Origin: a virus
Length of the DNA stretch: 64,000 bases
Reading direction: 5' to 3' (one strand)
IMG/VR virus record: IMGVR_UViG_3300043411_001314
Coordinates: 1-64,000 of that record
The notes beneath the pieces were generated by a model. That model searched no databases and was not told where the DNA came from. It was given only the letters and a program-made list of their open reading frames with translations. Position 1 is the stretch's first letter, and every line of letters starts with the position of its first letter. Below are positions 28,537 to 36,250 of the stretch, one piece after another. A program made the translations under genes and the position numbers.

Positions 28537-29181
28537 TTATTCGGCGGGGGCGACCGGCTGCTTGTGGGCCATGTAGTCGGCGTCGCAGAGCAACACCCTG
28601 AATCTCGTCCAGGACCGCAGGGCCACCGGGTACTCGAGGTCTTCACCACAGACCGTGCATGCCCCGGGCTCGTCCTCCGTCGGCCGTTCCCGTTCTGGCG
28701 GCTGTGGGGCGGTCGGGCGGGTGTCCACCTCGACCTCATCCTCGACCACCTCAAGCTCCGGGACAACGAGCTCGTCGTCGTCCCCCTCGGGCTCGGGCTC
28801 CACATCGGGCTCCTCGCCCTCAGCCTCACCCTCGCCGACCTCATCCGGCCCGGGCTCAGGCTCCTCCTCTGGTGGGGGTAGGACCGCAGCTAGAGCCTTC
28901 ATCGCCTTCTTGGCGTTGGGCTCGTCGGCGGCCAGGGCCTCCATGGCGGTGATCACCGCATCCTCGAGGTCGGCCAGCCGGCCCATGGGGGCGAGCTCGA
29001 ACCCCTGGGCCAACATGAGCCGCTCACGGGGGATCAGGTCGCCGCTGTTGATGGCGTCCTCAATGAGGGGCTCGGCCACCACCCGCGCCACGTCGGGGTC
29101 GGTGAGGAGATCAGTTAGGAGGCGGTCGGCCACCTCCCGCAGTTTCTTGGTCGTGTCCCGGTCGATCCGGCGATCAGCCAT
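28537..29181 (-). CDS. acidic-linker protein with C-terminal CxxC domain
   Basis: E/P-rich linker, CTVCG..LC. Confidence 0.65.
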   Translation of the reverse strand: MADRRIDRDTTKKLREVADRLLTDLLTDPDVARVVAEPLIEDAINSGDLIPRERLMLAQGFELAPMGRLADLEDAVITAMEALAADEPNAKKAMKALAAVLPPPEEEPEPGPDEVGEGEAEGEEPDVEPEPEGDDDELVVPELEVVEDEVEVDTRPTAPQPPERERPTEDEPGACTVCGEDLEYPVALRSWTRFRVLLCDADYMAHKQPVAPAE

Positions 29182-29896
29182 CAAGGAACCAGTCGGTGTC
29201 GATCATCATCCATGAATCGGCGCCGGCGCCGGCACACGAGAGCCCCTCTATGGCCACCTGGCCGATCGTCCTGCTGTAGCGACCGTGGTAGTGGCCATGC
29301 ACGACCAGCCCTGGGGTGAGGTGCTCAACGACCTTGTCCAAGGCAGCCCTCGACAGGGCGCTGTCGCGGAGCTCCCCCGGTCCGACGCCAGGCAGGAAGA
29401 ACTGCTCCAGGCCACCGTTGTTCGGAGCGTCGTGGCAGAAGAGGATGTCGATGAAGGAGCCATCGAGGGCCCGGTCGACTTGGCGGTTGGTGATCGCCTC
29501 CTGGCGCCACCAGGACACGCCAGGCTTACGCCACTGCCGGTCGATGGAGATCGCCCCCCCGAAGGCCATACACCTGACCCCATCCAGGGTGAACCTGTAC
29601 CCACGTGGCATGTAGGTGATCCACGTCCCCGTCTTCGTGGCGACCGGGTCATCAGGGGTGGCCCCGAAGCCGATCTCGAGGATGTCGAAGTTCTCGTGGT
29701 TGCCGTCGAGCCACCAGAGCTCGATGCCGTACTTACCTAGGAGCTCGTCCGCCTGGCTCAGCGCCCCGAGGGACCAGGAGAACCCGAAGTCGCCGACCTG
29801 GATGATCAGGTCGGCGCCTTCGTCGACGGCCGCTGCACACAGCCTGGATAGGTGTTCGAGTGAGCCGTGGGTGTCGCCGGCGACCAGGATCTTCAC
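29174..29896 (-). CDS. calcineurin-like metallophosphoesterase
   Basis: GDTHG, VGDFG, DGNHEN, HDAP, HGHYH. Confidence 0.93.
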   Translation of the reverse strand: MKILVAGDTHGSLEHLSRLCAAAVDEGADLIIQVGDFGFSWSLGALSQADELLGKYGIELWWLDGNHENFDILEIGFGATPDDPVATKTGTWITYMPRGYRFTLDGVRCMAFGGAISIDRQWRKPGVSWWRQEAITNRQVDRALDGSFIDILFCHDAPNNGGLEQFFLPGVGPGELRDSALSRAALDKVVEHLTPGLVVHGHYHGRYSRTIGQVAIEGLSCAGAGADSWMMIDTDWFLDG

Positions 29897-29897
29897 G

Positions 29898-30176
29898 TCA
29901 ATCGAGGTCCAGGTAGGAGCGAATCCTGTTCCTTAGCTCGACTTCCTCGGGGGAGTCCTCGGGGGAGACATGCAGCACCTCCTGCGCTTCGAGGAGTAGC
30001 TCGCGCGCCTCCTCGGAGTTGCGATAAACGCCCTCTCCATGCGCCTCACAGAACCGTACCGAAGTGGTCACCATCGAGGGGTCCTCCGGCCTGATCACCA
30101 GGGTGCGCGTCGGGGCTGAATCGCACGATACTGATGCGCACACCGCTGCCGGGAAGGAGTGGATGTTGACCGTCAT
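29898..30176 (-). CDS. hypothetical Zn-binding protein
   Basis: C...C...FCEAH. Confidence 0.55.
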   Translation of the reverse strand: MTVNIHSFPAAVCASVSCDSAPTRTLVIRPEDPSMVTTSVRFCEAHGEGVYRNSEEARELLLEAQEVLHVSPEDSPEEVELRNRIRSYLDLD

Positions 30177-30370
30177 CAGCGCCAGTTCACCTTGTAGTAC
30201 GGATGCCCATCGAAGAGCTGGTGGGCCATCTTCTCGGCGTGATCCTCGTTGTAGTACCCCTCATGGGAGGTGGCGATCACCTTGCCGTTGGCGTCAGACG
30301 CCCTCCAGCCCCACCGCTCCGAGAGGCGCAGTGTCCGCCGGCGAGTGATCTCGACGTAGAGGGTTCTCAT
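30176..30370 (-). CDS. DUF1508/YegP-like protein
   Basis: WGWR..DANGKVIATSHEGY. Confidence 0.75.
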   Translation of the reverse strand: MRTLYVEITRRRTLRLSERWGWRASDANGKVIATSHEGYYNEDHAEKMAHQLFDGHPYYKVNWR

Positions 30371-31035
30371 GTCCGTACATCCTTCCGTACAGCCTTCAGG
30401 TGTTGTTCCCCGGCCCGGGTGATGCCGAGGTACTGGAGCCGCCGGCGGTCGTTGTGGACCGTCTTGACCCATTCCTTCTCGCGTGCCACGGCGATCGGCT
30501 CCCGGGTCTCCTGGGGCCTCACGTTGAGCTTGTCGGCCAGCTGGCGGGTGACGGCCTGGCTGTTCGGCCCATCGAGGGACAGGTCCTCCTCGACGAGCAC
30601 GGCCAGCATCTTGTCGACCATGTGGTCGACGGGCCCGGCGGTGAGGTAGGCCGGCGAGGGCATCTCATCGTCGGGACCCGGCACGATCTCCTCGGGCCCA
30701 TCCTCAGTGTCGAGGTAGGCGCCGGTCACGATGTTGTTCACAATGCTCTGCATGACCTCATTGGCCCCTCGGGTGGCCTCCTCGCGGCGGGCAGCATCTT
30801 CGGTGGCGGACCGCTCGAGGGCAGCGGACTGCTCGGGGGTCAGCTCGAACTCAGCCCGCGCCTGCTCGGGGAGGGGGCGCCGCCTGATCCCACCTGAGTG
30901 CTCCACTGCGTAGCAGGCGCCCGCCAGGGCGTCGATGAGGTACTTTACCCCGGGGGTGTCGGGGGTGTCCCAGACACCCCCCTCGGCCTCGATGGTGATC
31001 GTGATGTCGCCGACCGTGGCGGTGACTCGGCTCAC
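30367..31035 (-). CDS. protein with C-terminal winged-helix domain
   Basis: TRQLADKLNV..WV...DRRRLQYLGITRAG (MarR-like wing). Confidence 0.6.
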   Translation of the reverse strand: MSRVTATVGDITITIEAEGGVWDTPDTPGVKYLIDALAGACYAVEHSGGIRRRPLPEQARAEFELTPEQSAALERSATEDAARREEATRGANEVMQSIVNNIVTGAYLDTEDGPEEIVPGPDDEMPSPAYLTAGPVDHMVDKMLAVLVEEDLSLDGPNSQAVTRQLADKLNVRPQETREPIAVAREKEWVKTVHNDRRRLQYLGITRAGEQHLKAVRKDVRT

Positions 31036-31262
31036 TTGTCACCCCGAGCGCGACGGGCCCGGTCCTTGTTGTGCTGGATCAGCTTGTCGTAGGGGTTGCC
31101 GGCAGGGGCGACGGGAGCCGGAGCCTCTGCCGCGTCCTCGTCGGCTTCATCCTCGGTCTCGTCGTCGACGAGCTCCTCGTCCACGGCGTCGGGATCATCG
31201 TCGAGGTCGAGGCCCTTGATGAGCTCACCGCTGGTTGAATCATTCTTGTTCAGGAAGGACAT
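31032..31262 (-). CDS. small acidic protein
   Basis: 76 aa, D/E-rich. Confidence 0.55.
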   Translation of the reverse strand: MSFLNKNDSTSGELIKGLDLDDDPDAVDEELVDDETEDEADEDAAEAPAPVAPAGNPYDKLIQHNKDRARRARGDK

Positions 31263-31279
31263 GATGTCCCCGCTTTCTC

Positions 31280-31615
31280 TTATTGGCCGCGTAGTTCGCG
31301 GAGGTCGAACATCCCAGCCAGATCAGGCTCTTGATCCATGAGCAGTCTGGCATACCGGGATGTGAGATTGTTGTTCAGCTTGAACTGCCGGTCACCCTTG
31401 GTGCTTCTGATCAGCTTCCACCGGGCGACCTCCCACAGCATCTTGATCCCGGCCTTCTCGTGTCCTTCGTGCCGAAGCTCGAGGGCGAGATCCCGGATTG
31501 TATCGTAGACGTCTGGGTTGGCGGCATGGAACTGCTCGAAGGCGCGATCCAGCCTGGTTGTAGCGACTTGGTCGAAGAGGGTCGCCGGCCCGTCGTTGGT
31601 TGACGGGCGGGTCAC
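31280..31615 (-). CDS. conserved phage hypothetical protein
   Basis: FEQFHAANPDVY...GIKMLWEVARW..FKLNNN..SRYARL. Confidence 0.7.
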   Translation of the reverse strand: MTRPSTNDGPATLFDQVATTRLDRAFEQFHAANPDVYDTIRDLALELRHEGHEKAGIKMLWEVARWKLIRSTKGDRQFKLNNNLTSRYARLLMDQEPDLAGMFDLRELRGQ

Positions 31616-32364
31616 TTCGTCACCTGGAACACCAGCATGGCGCTGTAGTTGCGGTGGGAGTGTTCCTGGGTCGTCACGGTGGGTGAGTGGGGCGTGCCGT
31701 CGGGACAGGTGCTGGTGGGCGGTGTAGACCTCGTCATGGTCGCCCAGCACCCCTTCAGGTCGCCGGATGAGCGGAGCATGATCGCTGCCCCGCACCCGCC
31801 GCACCTGGAGCGCTCCGGTTGCCCGCGATGGGCGAGGAATAGGAACTCGTCCACCTGCTCGAGTCCGAGCCGGCTTTCGCCGTACTCGACCATGATGTGT
31901 GGTTGGTTCCAGTATCTGCCGGAACAGACCTGAGCTTGGCATTTGAACAGGATGGTCCCGCCTGGCCGCACGTACCTCGCTGCCTCCTTCATCATTGCCT
32001 TCATCAAGCTGTGGCGGAACTCGACTGTTTCGTATTCCTCTACTCCGTACCGCTCGTCCATTTCAGACGAGGATGAGCCCCTCAGTTGGTAAGGGGCGTC
32101 GATCGTGGCGGCGTCCACGGAGTTGTCATCCAGTGGCATCTTTGTTGCATTGAGACTCAGACCGGAGGGTGACTTGCTCGCGTTCAGGTCGGACGCCAGG
32201 AGTGTTGCCGGCTTCCACTGGGTCCAGAAGGCGCCCTCACCGTAGGTTGGGTCGACCACGGTCCACTGCTCATGGAGCCAGCCGACCTTGGCGATCGCAG
32301 CGATCAGTGCGCCGTTCGTCTTCCATCGGCTCGCCGACAAGACCGGCGGTTCCAGGACACCCAT
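31612..32364 (-). CDS. putative amino-DNA methyltransferase
   Basis: VDPTYGEGAFW (motif I variant), DAPY (DPPY-like), ..VRPGG..LFKCQ. Confidence 0.75.
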   Translation of the reverse strand: MGVLEPPVLSASRWKTNGALIAAIAKVGWLHEQWTVVDPTYGEGAFWTQWKPATLLASDLNASKSPSGLSLNATKMPLDDNSVDAATIDAPYQLRGSSSSEMDERYGVEEYETVEFRHSLMKAMMKEAARYVRPGGTILFKCQAQVCSGRYWNQPHIMVEYGESRLGLEQVDEFLFLAHRGQPERSRCGGCGAAIMLRSSGDLKGCWATMTRSTPPTSTCPDGTPHSPTVTTQEHSHRNYSAMLVFQVTK

Positions 32365-32370
32365 GCGGCG

Positions 32371-32399
32371 AGCTTATCGACTCGGCGGTCCCGTATCAA
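32371..32399 (-). promoter_or_regulatory. sigmaA-type leaderless promoter
   Basis: TTGATA-N17-TAAGCT, ATG 6 nt downstream. Confidence 0.7.
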
Positions 32400-32416
32400 G
32401 GGATCCGATCAGATCG

Positions 32417-32557
32417 TCAGCGATGCCGGTCCACGGTGCGTCCGAGATGGCGCACGACGGCGTCCACGATCATCACGCAGCACAACGCTCCAGCGGCGCC
32501 GGCGGTGAACCCGGAGGCGACCAGCACGATGGCTCGAGCGGGGGTGATGTGGGCCAT
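32417..32557 (-). CDS. small membrane peptide
   Basis: MAHITPARAIVLVASGFTAGAAGALCCVMIV; TGATG overlap. Confidence 0.45.
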   Translation of the reverse strand: MAHITPARAIVLVASGFTAGAAGALCCVMIVDAVVRHLGRTVDRHR

Positions 32558-32880
32558 CACGCCCCGATGGCTTCCTTGGCCCGCTCACGCAGAACGTCGG
32601 CGAGTGCTTCGCCGTGCTCGGCTGGCGCCCCGAGCGCGTCGACGAGCTGCGGCACCAGTACCGCCAGGATCCACCGGTCGACGTCGTCGACGGTCCCGAG
32701 GATCGCGTTGCGCTGCTGGACGAGCCGGCCGACCTGGTCGCGCAGCTGGGTGTTCTCGGCGAGGAGCCTGCAGATCGTGGTCTTGGACTGCTCAGCCTCG
32801 GCCTCGAGTTGGCGGAGCTCTGCGGCCGCCTCGACGGTCAGTGCCGGCCAGCGAGGGCCGTCCGCCCCCGGCTCAGACAT
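32557..32880 (-). CDS. coiled-coil hypothetical protein
   Basis: ATG at 32880, coupled. Confidence 0.55.
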   Translation of the reverse strand: MSEPGADGPRWPALTVEAAAELRQLEAEAEQSKTTICRLLAENTQLRDQVGRLVQQRNAILGTVDDVDRWILAVLVPQLVDALGAPAEHGEALADVLRERAKEAIGA

Positions 32881-33085
32881 CCTGGGCTCCAGGCATGCCG
32901 GAGGCCGCCAGGGCGAGCTCCTGCTGGCGCTCCCGGCGTTGCGTGGCGTAGCGGGCCCACTCCTCGTCCGAGCCGGCGAACACGATCGAGCAGGCGTGGC
33001 AGTAGAAGTTCCCAGCCCGCTCACGCGGCAGGGTTTCCACGGTGTCGTCGGCCCCGCACGTCGGGCACATCTTGGGTGGGATCAT
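32873..33085 (-). CDS. zinc-ribbon protein
   Basis: CPTC..CHAC. Confidence 0.65.
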   Translation of the reverse strand: MIPPKMCPTCGADDTVETLPRERAGNFYCHACSIVFAGSDEEWARYATQRRERQQELALAASGMPGAQDV

Positions 33086-34179
33086 CAGCTGGCCTTTCGG
33101 GTGTCAGGTTCTTCGGCAGAATCGCTCTCGGCGTTCACCGCTGAGCGTCGAAGTGTTGGTTTTGCTGGGGTTTCCGATCGCATGGCCTCGAGTCGGGCCT
33201 GGGTTTCTTCTTCGAGCTGGCGGGCCTGAGCCCGGGCCGCGGCGACGGCCGCGGGGTCGCCTGCCGAGCCGGGCGGCGGGGGCGGCGGGTCCCACCAGCG
33301 GGCCACGATCTCGTCATCGCTGAGGCCCGTGGCCAGGCTGGCAGCGATCCGCTGCCGGTCTGCGTGGCGGTCGGCGTCCTGGAGAATCCTCCGGGTGACC
33401 CCGGCTGCGTAGGAGCCGTGGTCGTCGGGTGCGTCCCGGTCCGCTGCGGCCAGCCCGATGCGTCGGGCGACCCGCCGAAGATTCTGATCAGGATTTCCCA
33501 TGCCACCCGGTTGAGGATCCGGGCCGGCGGGTTGTAGGTAGTCCTGAGACTTGGTGGGAGTGTTAGAGGGTGGAGGGTGGAGGGTGGAGGTACGCGTTAG
33601 CAACCCTTCCCCAAGGGGTTCCGTAAACCCTTCCTGGAAGGGTTCCGTAAGGGGTTCTGGGAACCCTTCCCCAAGGGGTTCCGTCGATCCGGCAAAGCCC
33701 TGGTCAGGGGCAACTTCCGGCATCCCGGCGAGAAGTGTCTTGATGGCTGTCGGGTGCATGGACACGATTTTGTCCGGGAAATACCCCCGAAGCTGTGCCG
33801 GCAGCTCCCTCAGGATGGCTTCCTTGACCGTTTCGGAGTGGATCGCGCCGAACTGACGGGCGGCTGACTTCAAGATGTTGGGCGATTTCAGGATCCCGTC
33901 GTGGCGCATGAAGGTGCGGATCAGCACCTCGTCGGTGTCCTCATCGAAGACCAGGAACCCGCGGTCGTGGAGCCCGATCACCAAGTCCTCGACCTGGGTC
34001 CGGGAGATGCCCTCGGCGAAGCGGGCCCACATCTTGGGGCGGTGCGCGATCACGCCACAGGAGTTCAGGTCCTGCTGGGAGAGTAGGAGCAGGTACATCC
34101 ACTGAGCCTTCGGGTTCAGCGCGTTGAAGTCAGGGTCCTGCCAGATGGCCGAGAGGATCGTGGCGTGGTTCCGTGCCAC
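33085..34179 (-). CDS. replication initiator protein
   Basis: MARNHATI..IWQDPDF..L...AQWMYLLLLSQ..LNSCGV N-terminal wHTH typical of actinophage initiators; internal iteron-like repeats. Confidence 0.75.
   Translation of the reverse strand: MARNHATILSAIWQDPDFNALNPKAQWMYLLLLSQQDLNSCGVIAHRPKMWARFAEGISRTQVEDLVIGLHDRGFLVFDEDTDEVLIRTFMRHDGILKSPNILKSAARQFGAIHSETVKEAILRELPAQLRGYFPDKIVSMHPTAIKTLLAGMPEVAPDQGFAGSTEPLGEGFPEPLTEPFQEGFTEPLGEGLLTRTSTLHPPPSNTPTKSQDYLQPAGPDPQPGGMGNPDQNLRRVARRIGLAAADRDAPDDHGSYAAGVTRRILQDADRHADRQRIAASLATGLSDDEIVARWWDPPPPPPGSAGDPAAVAAARAQARQLEEETQARLEAMRSETPAKPTLRRSAVNAESDSAEEPDTRKAS
33602..33684. repeat. palindromic iteron-like repeats, candidate replication origin
   Basis: AACCCTTCCCCAAGGGGTTCCGT twice, AACCCTTCCTGGAAGGGTTCCGT once, plus a half site. 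Confidence 0.7.
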
Positions 34180-34310
34180 GTCAGCAGGCGGCCGGGGTCG
34201 GGCGGTCCATGCGGGGCTCCTTCATGTTGGGCCCCTATCTCTACCGCGTCCGCATCGGTTCTGGCAATACCTATGAGGGGAGTTCATCGCGCCGGCCGAG
34301 TGAACCGGAG

Positions 34311-34339
34311 TGAATCACTACCCCTTCACCTGCCGAAGT
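34311..34339 (+). promoter_or_regulatory. sigma28/WhiG-type late promoter (leaderless)
   Basis: TGAA-N17-GCCGAAGT, in-frame GTG 6 nt downstream (34346). Confidence 0.65.
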
Positions 34340-34345
34340 AAGAGC

Positions 34346-36250
34346 GTGGCATCCATCAGCACCATCGAGTTTGGGCCCAACGGTGTTCCGATCGTGAACG
34401 CCTCCGGCCTGGACCTGTCCACCATCGCGGGCGCCCTCGGCGGACTCCCGATGAACGACCCGACCACTCGTCGGATCGTGGACACGCTCGGCGGCTGGTC
34501 CGGTGCGCAGCGGCAGCGTAAGCCGCGGCTCGGTGGGATCCTGGACCGAGATCGCTACCTGACGCCGGTCACCCACTTCGAGAAGATCCGCACCGCCCGA
34601 GACGCCCTCCGTGACGACGTGATCGGTGGGGCGGCCGACACCACCGAGGCCCTGGCCCTCTCTTCCTGCAGCCTCTTCTCGGACGACGTCGACCACCAGG
34701 ACGTGTGGAACCAGTGGGCGGCGAAGATCGACCTCGACTCCAAGCTCCGTGAGTTCTGGCGGATCCTCTACACCGACTCCCAGGCCGTGGTCGCCCTGTG
34801 GTGGGAGCAGCAGACCTTCAAGGTCCGGGGCGTCGGCGACGAGGGCCGCCAGCGGCGCAAGCGGATCTCCATCCTGGCTCCGTCGGCCTGGTCCTTCATC
34901 GACTCGACGAAGGTGGTGCCGGTCGGCAGTCAGATGTTCAACCGTGGCGCCCTGGCCTACATCGCCGACGCCGACGAGGCCGAGATGCTCGATCGGGTCA
35001 TCGAGGCGCGCGAGGGGATGGCTCCCCCGAAGAACTCCCGCGGCATGCCGGTCCGCTTCAGCGAGCGGTCTGGTGGTCCGACGGCGCCGGCGGCGTTCGA
35101 CCCCGAGGACGACGCCGTGGCCGCCCGCCTGATCCGCCGGCGGTACAACCCACCCGAGCATGAGCGGACGAGACTCACCCAGCACGGCATCGCGTGGGAC
35201 AACCTGTTCCTCCTCGACAGCCGGATGGTGTTCCGCCACACCCTCACGAAGCCCGACTACGACCTGTTCCCAGACATCCGCCTGGAGGGCGCCTTCCCGC
35301 TCCTCGACCTGAAGGCCCAGCTCCGCCAGATGGACCGGGCCTTCCTCGTGGGTGGCGCCGCCTACATCCTGGTACTGACCCAGGGCTCGGACGCCCACCC
35401 CGGCCAACAGCCCGAGATCGACGCGCTGAAGGCCGGCGCCGCCATGCTCGGGTCGCTCCCACTCCTGGTTGGTGATCACCGACTGAACCTCGAGATCGTC
35501 ACCCCACCCATCGAAGCCACGATCAACAAGGCCAAGTGGGACACGATCGACGCCCGGCTCACCAGCCTGGCGTTCCGCACCTTCGCCGCCGGCGGCAGCG
35601 ACATGGACGACCCGATGAAGACGGGCCGCATCGTGGCCCGGGGGCTTGAGGGCCGCCGGCGCATGATGCGGCGTTCGATCGAGCAGAACGTGCTCAGCCC
35701 GATCTTCGAGTCCTCGCCGGAGCTCCTCACGCCGGCCAAGCTCCGGTTCCACCCGGCGCAGATCCACCTGGCGTTCGACCAGGGGTGGGCGAACCTCCTC
35801 CTCGACCTCCGTGAGGCCAACGAGCTCTCCCGTGAGACCATGCTCTCTCAGCTCGAGTTTGACCAGGCCGACGAGGCCATCGAGCGCGAGCGTGAGCGCA
35901 AGCTCTACGACGACATCTTCCAGACGTTCGTCCCTCACGGTGCCAACCCCAACGGTGGCGACCCAGAGGGCGATCCTGGCTCCACAAGGCTCGCTCAACG
36001 TATGGGTGGTCGCCGGCGAGGCGGGAACCGCGCCGGCGGCGGTGCAGCGCCCGGCTCAGGCCAAGGGCAGGAGTCGAGGGATCCCCGTCGGTCCCGTGAG
36101 CGGCCGGCCAACGACCTGCTGATGGACATGACGCGCGACGAGCTCATCGCCGAAGCGGCCCAGTGGGGGGTCCAGGGCCGGCACCAGATGAAGAAGCAGG
36201 ACCTGGTCGACGCCATCAGTGATGCACAGAACGGAACCGAAGATGACTGA
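34346..36250 (+). CDS. portal protein (putative) with C-terminal Rho-N/HeH-like domain
   Basis: large ORF before protease; LSRETMLSQLEFD..E.ERE portal crown-like; DMTRDELIAEA..GVQGRHQMKKQDLVDAI. Confidence 0.7.
   Translation: MASISTIEFGPNGVPIVNASGLDLSTIAGALGGLPMNDPTTRRIVDTLGGWSGAQRQRKPRLGGILDRDRYLTPVTHFEKIRTARDALRDDVIGGAADTTEALALSSCSLFSDDVDHQDVWNQWAAKIDLDSKLREFWRILYTDSQAVVALWWEQQTFKVRGVGDEGRQRRKRISILAPSAWSFIDSTKVVPVGSQMFNRGALAYIADADEAEMLDRVIEAREGMAPPKNSRGMPVRFSERSGGPTAPAAFDPEDDAVAARLIRRRYNPPEHERTRLTQHGIAWDNLFLLDSRMVFRHTLTKPDYDLFPDIRLEGAFPLLDLKAQLRQMDRAFLVGGAAYILVLTQGSDAHPGQQPEIDALKAGAAMLGSLPLLVGDHRLNLEIVTPPIEATINKAKWDTIDARLTSLAFRTFAAGGSDMDDPMKTGRIVARGLEGRRRMMRRSIEQNVLSPIFESSPELLTPAKLRFHPAQIHLAFDQGWANLLLDLREANELSRETMLSQLEFDQADEAIERERERKLYDDIFQTFVPHGANPNGGDPEGDPGSTRLAQRMGGRRRGGNRAGGGAAPGSGQGQESRDPRRSRERPANDLLMDMTRDELIAEAAQWGVQGRHQMKKQDLVDAISDAQNGTEDD

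Noticed and set aside
34271-35998. 575-aa minus-strand ORF
   Set aside because: Antisense shadow of the portal gene, as expected from high-GC codon bias; no motifs
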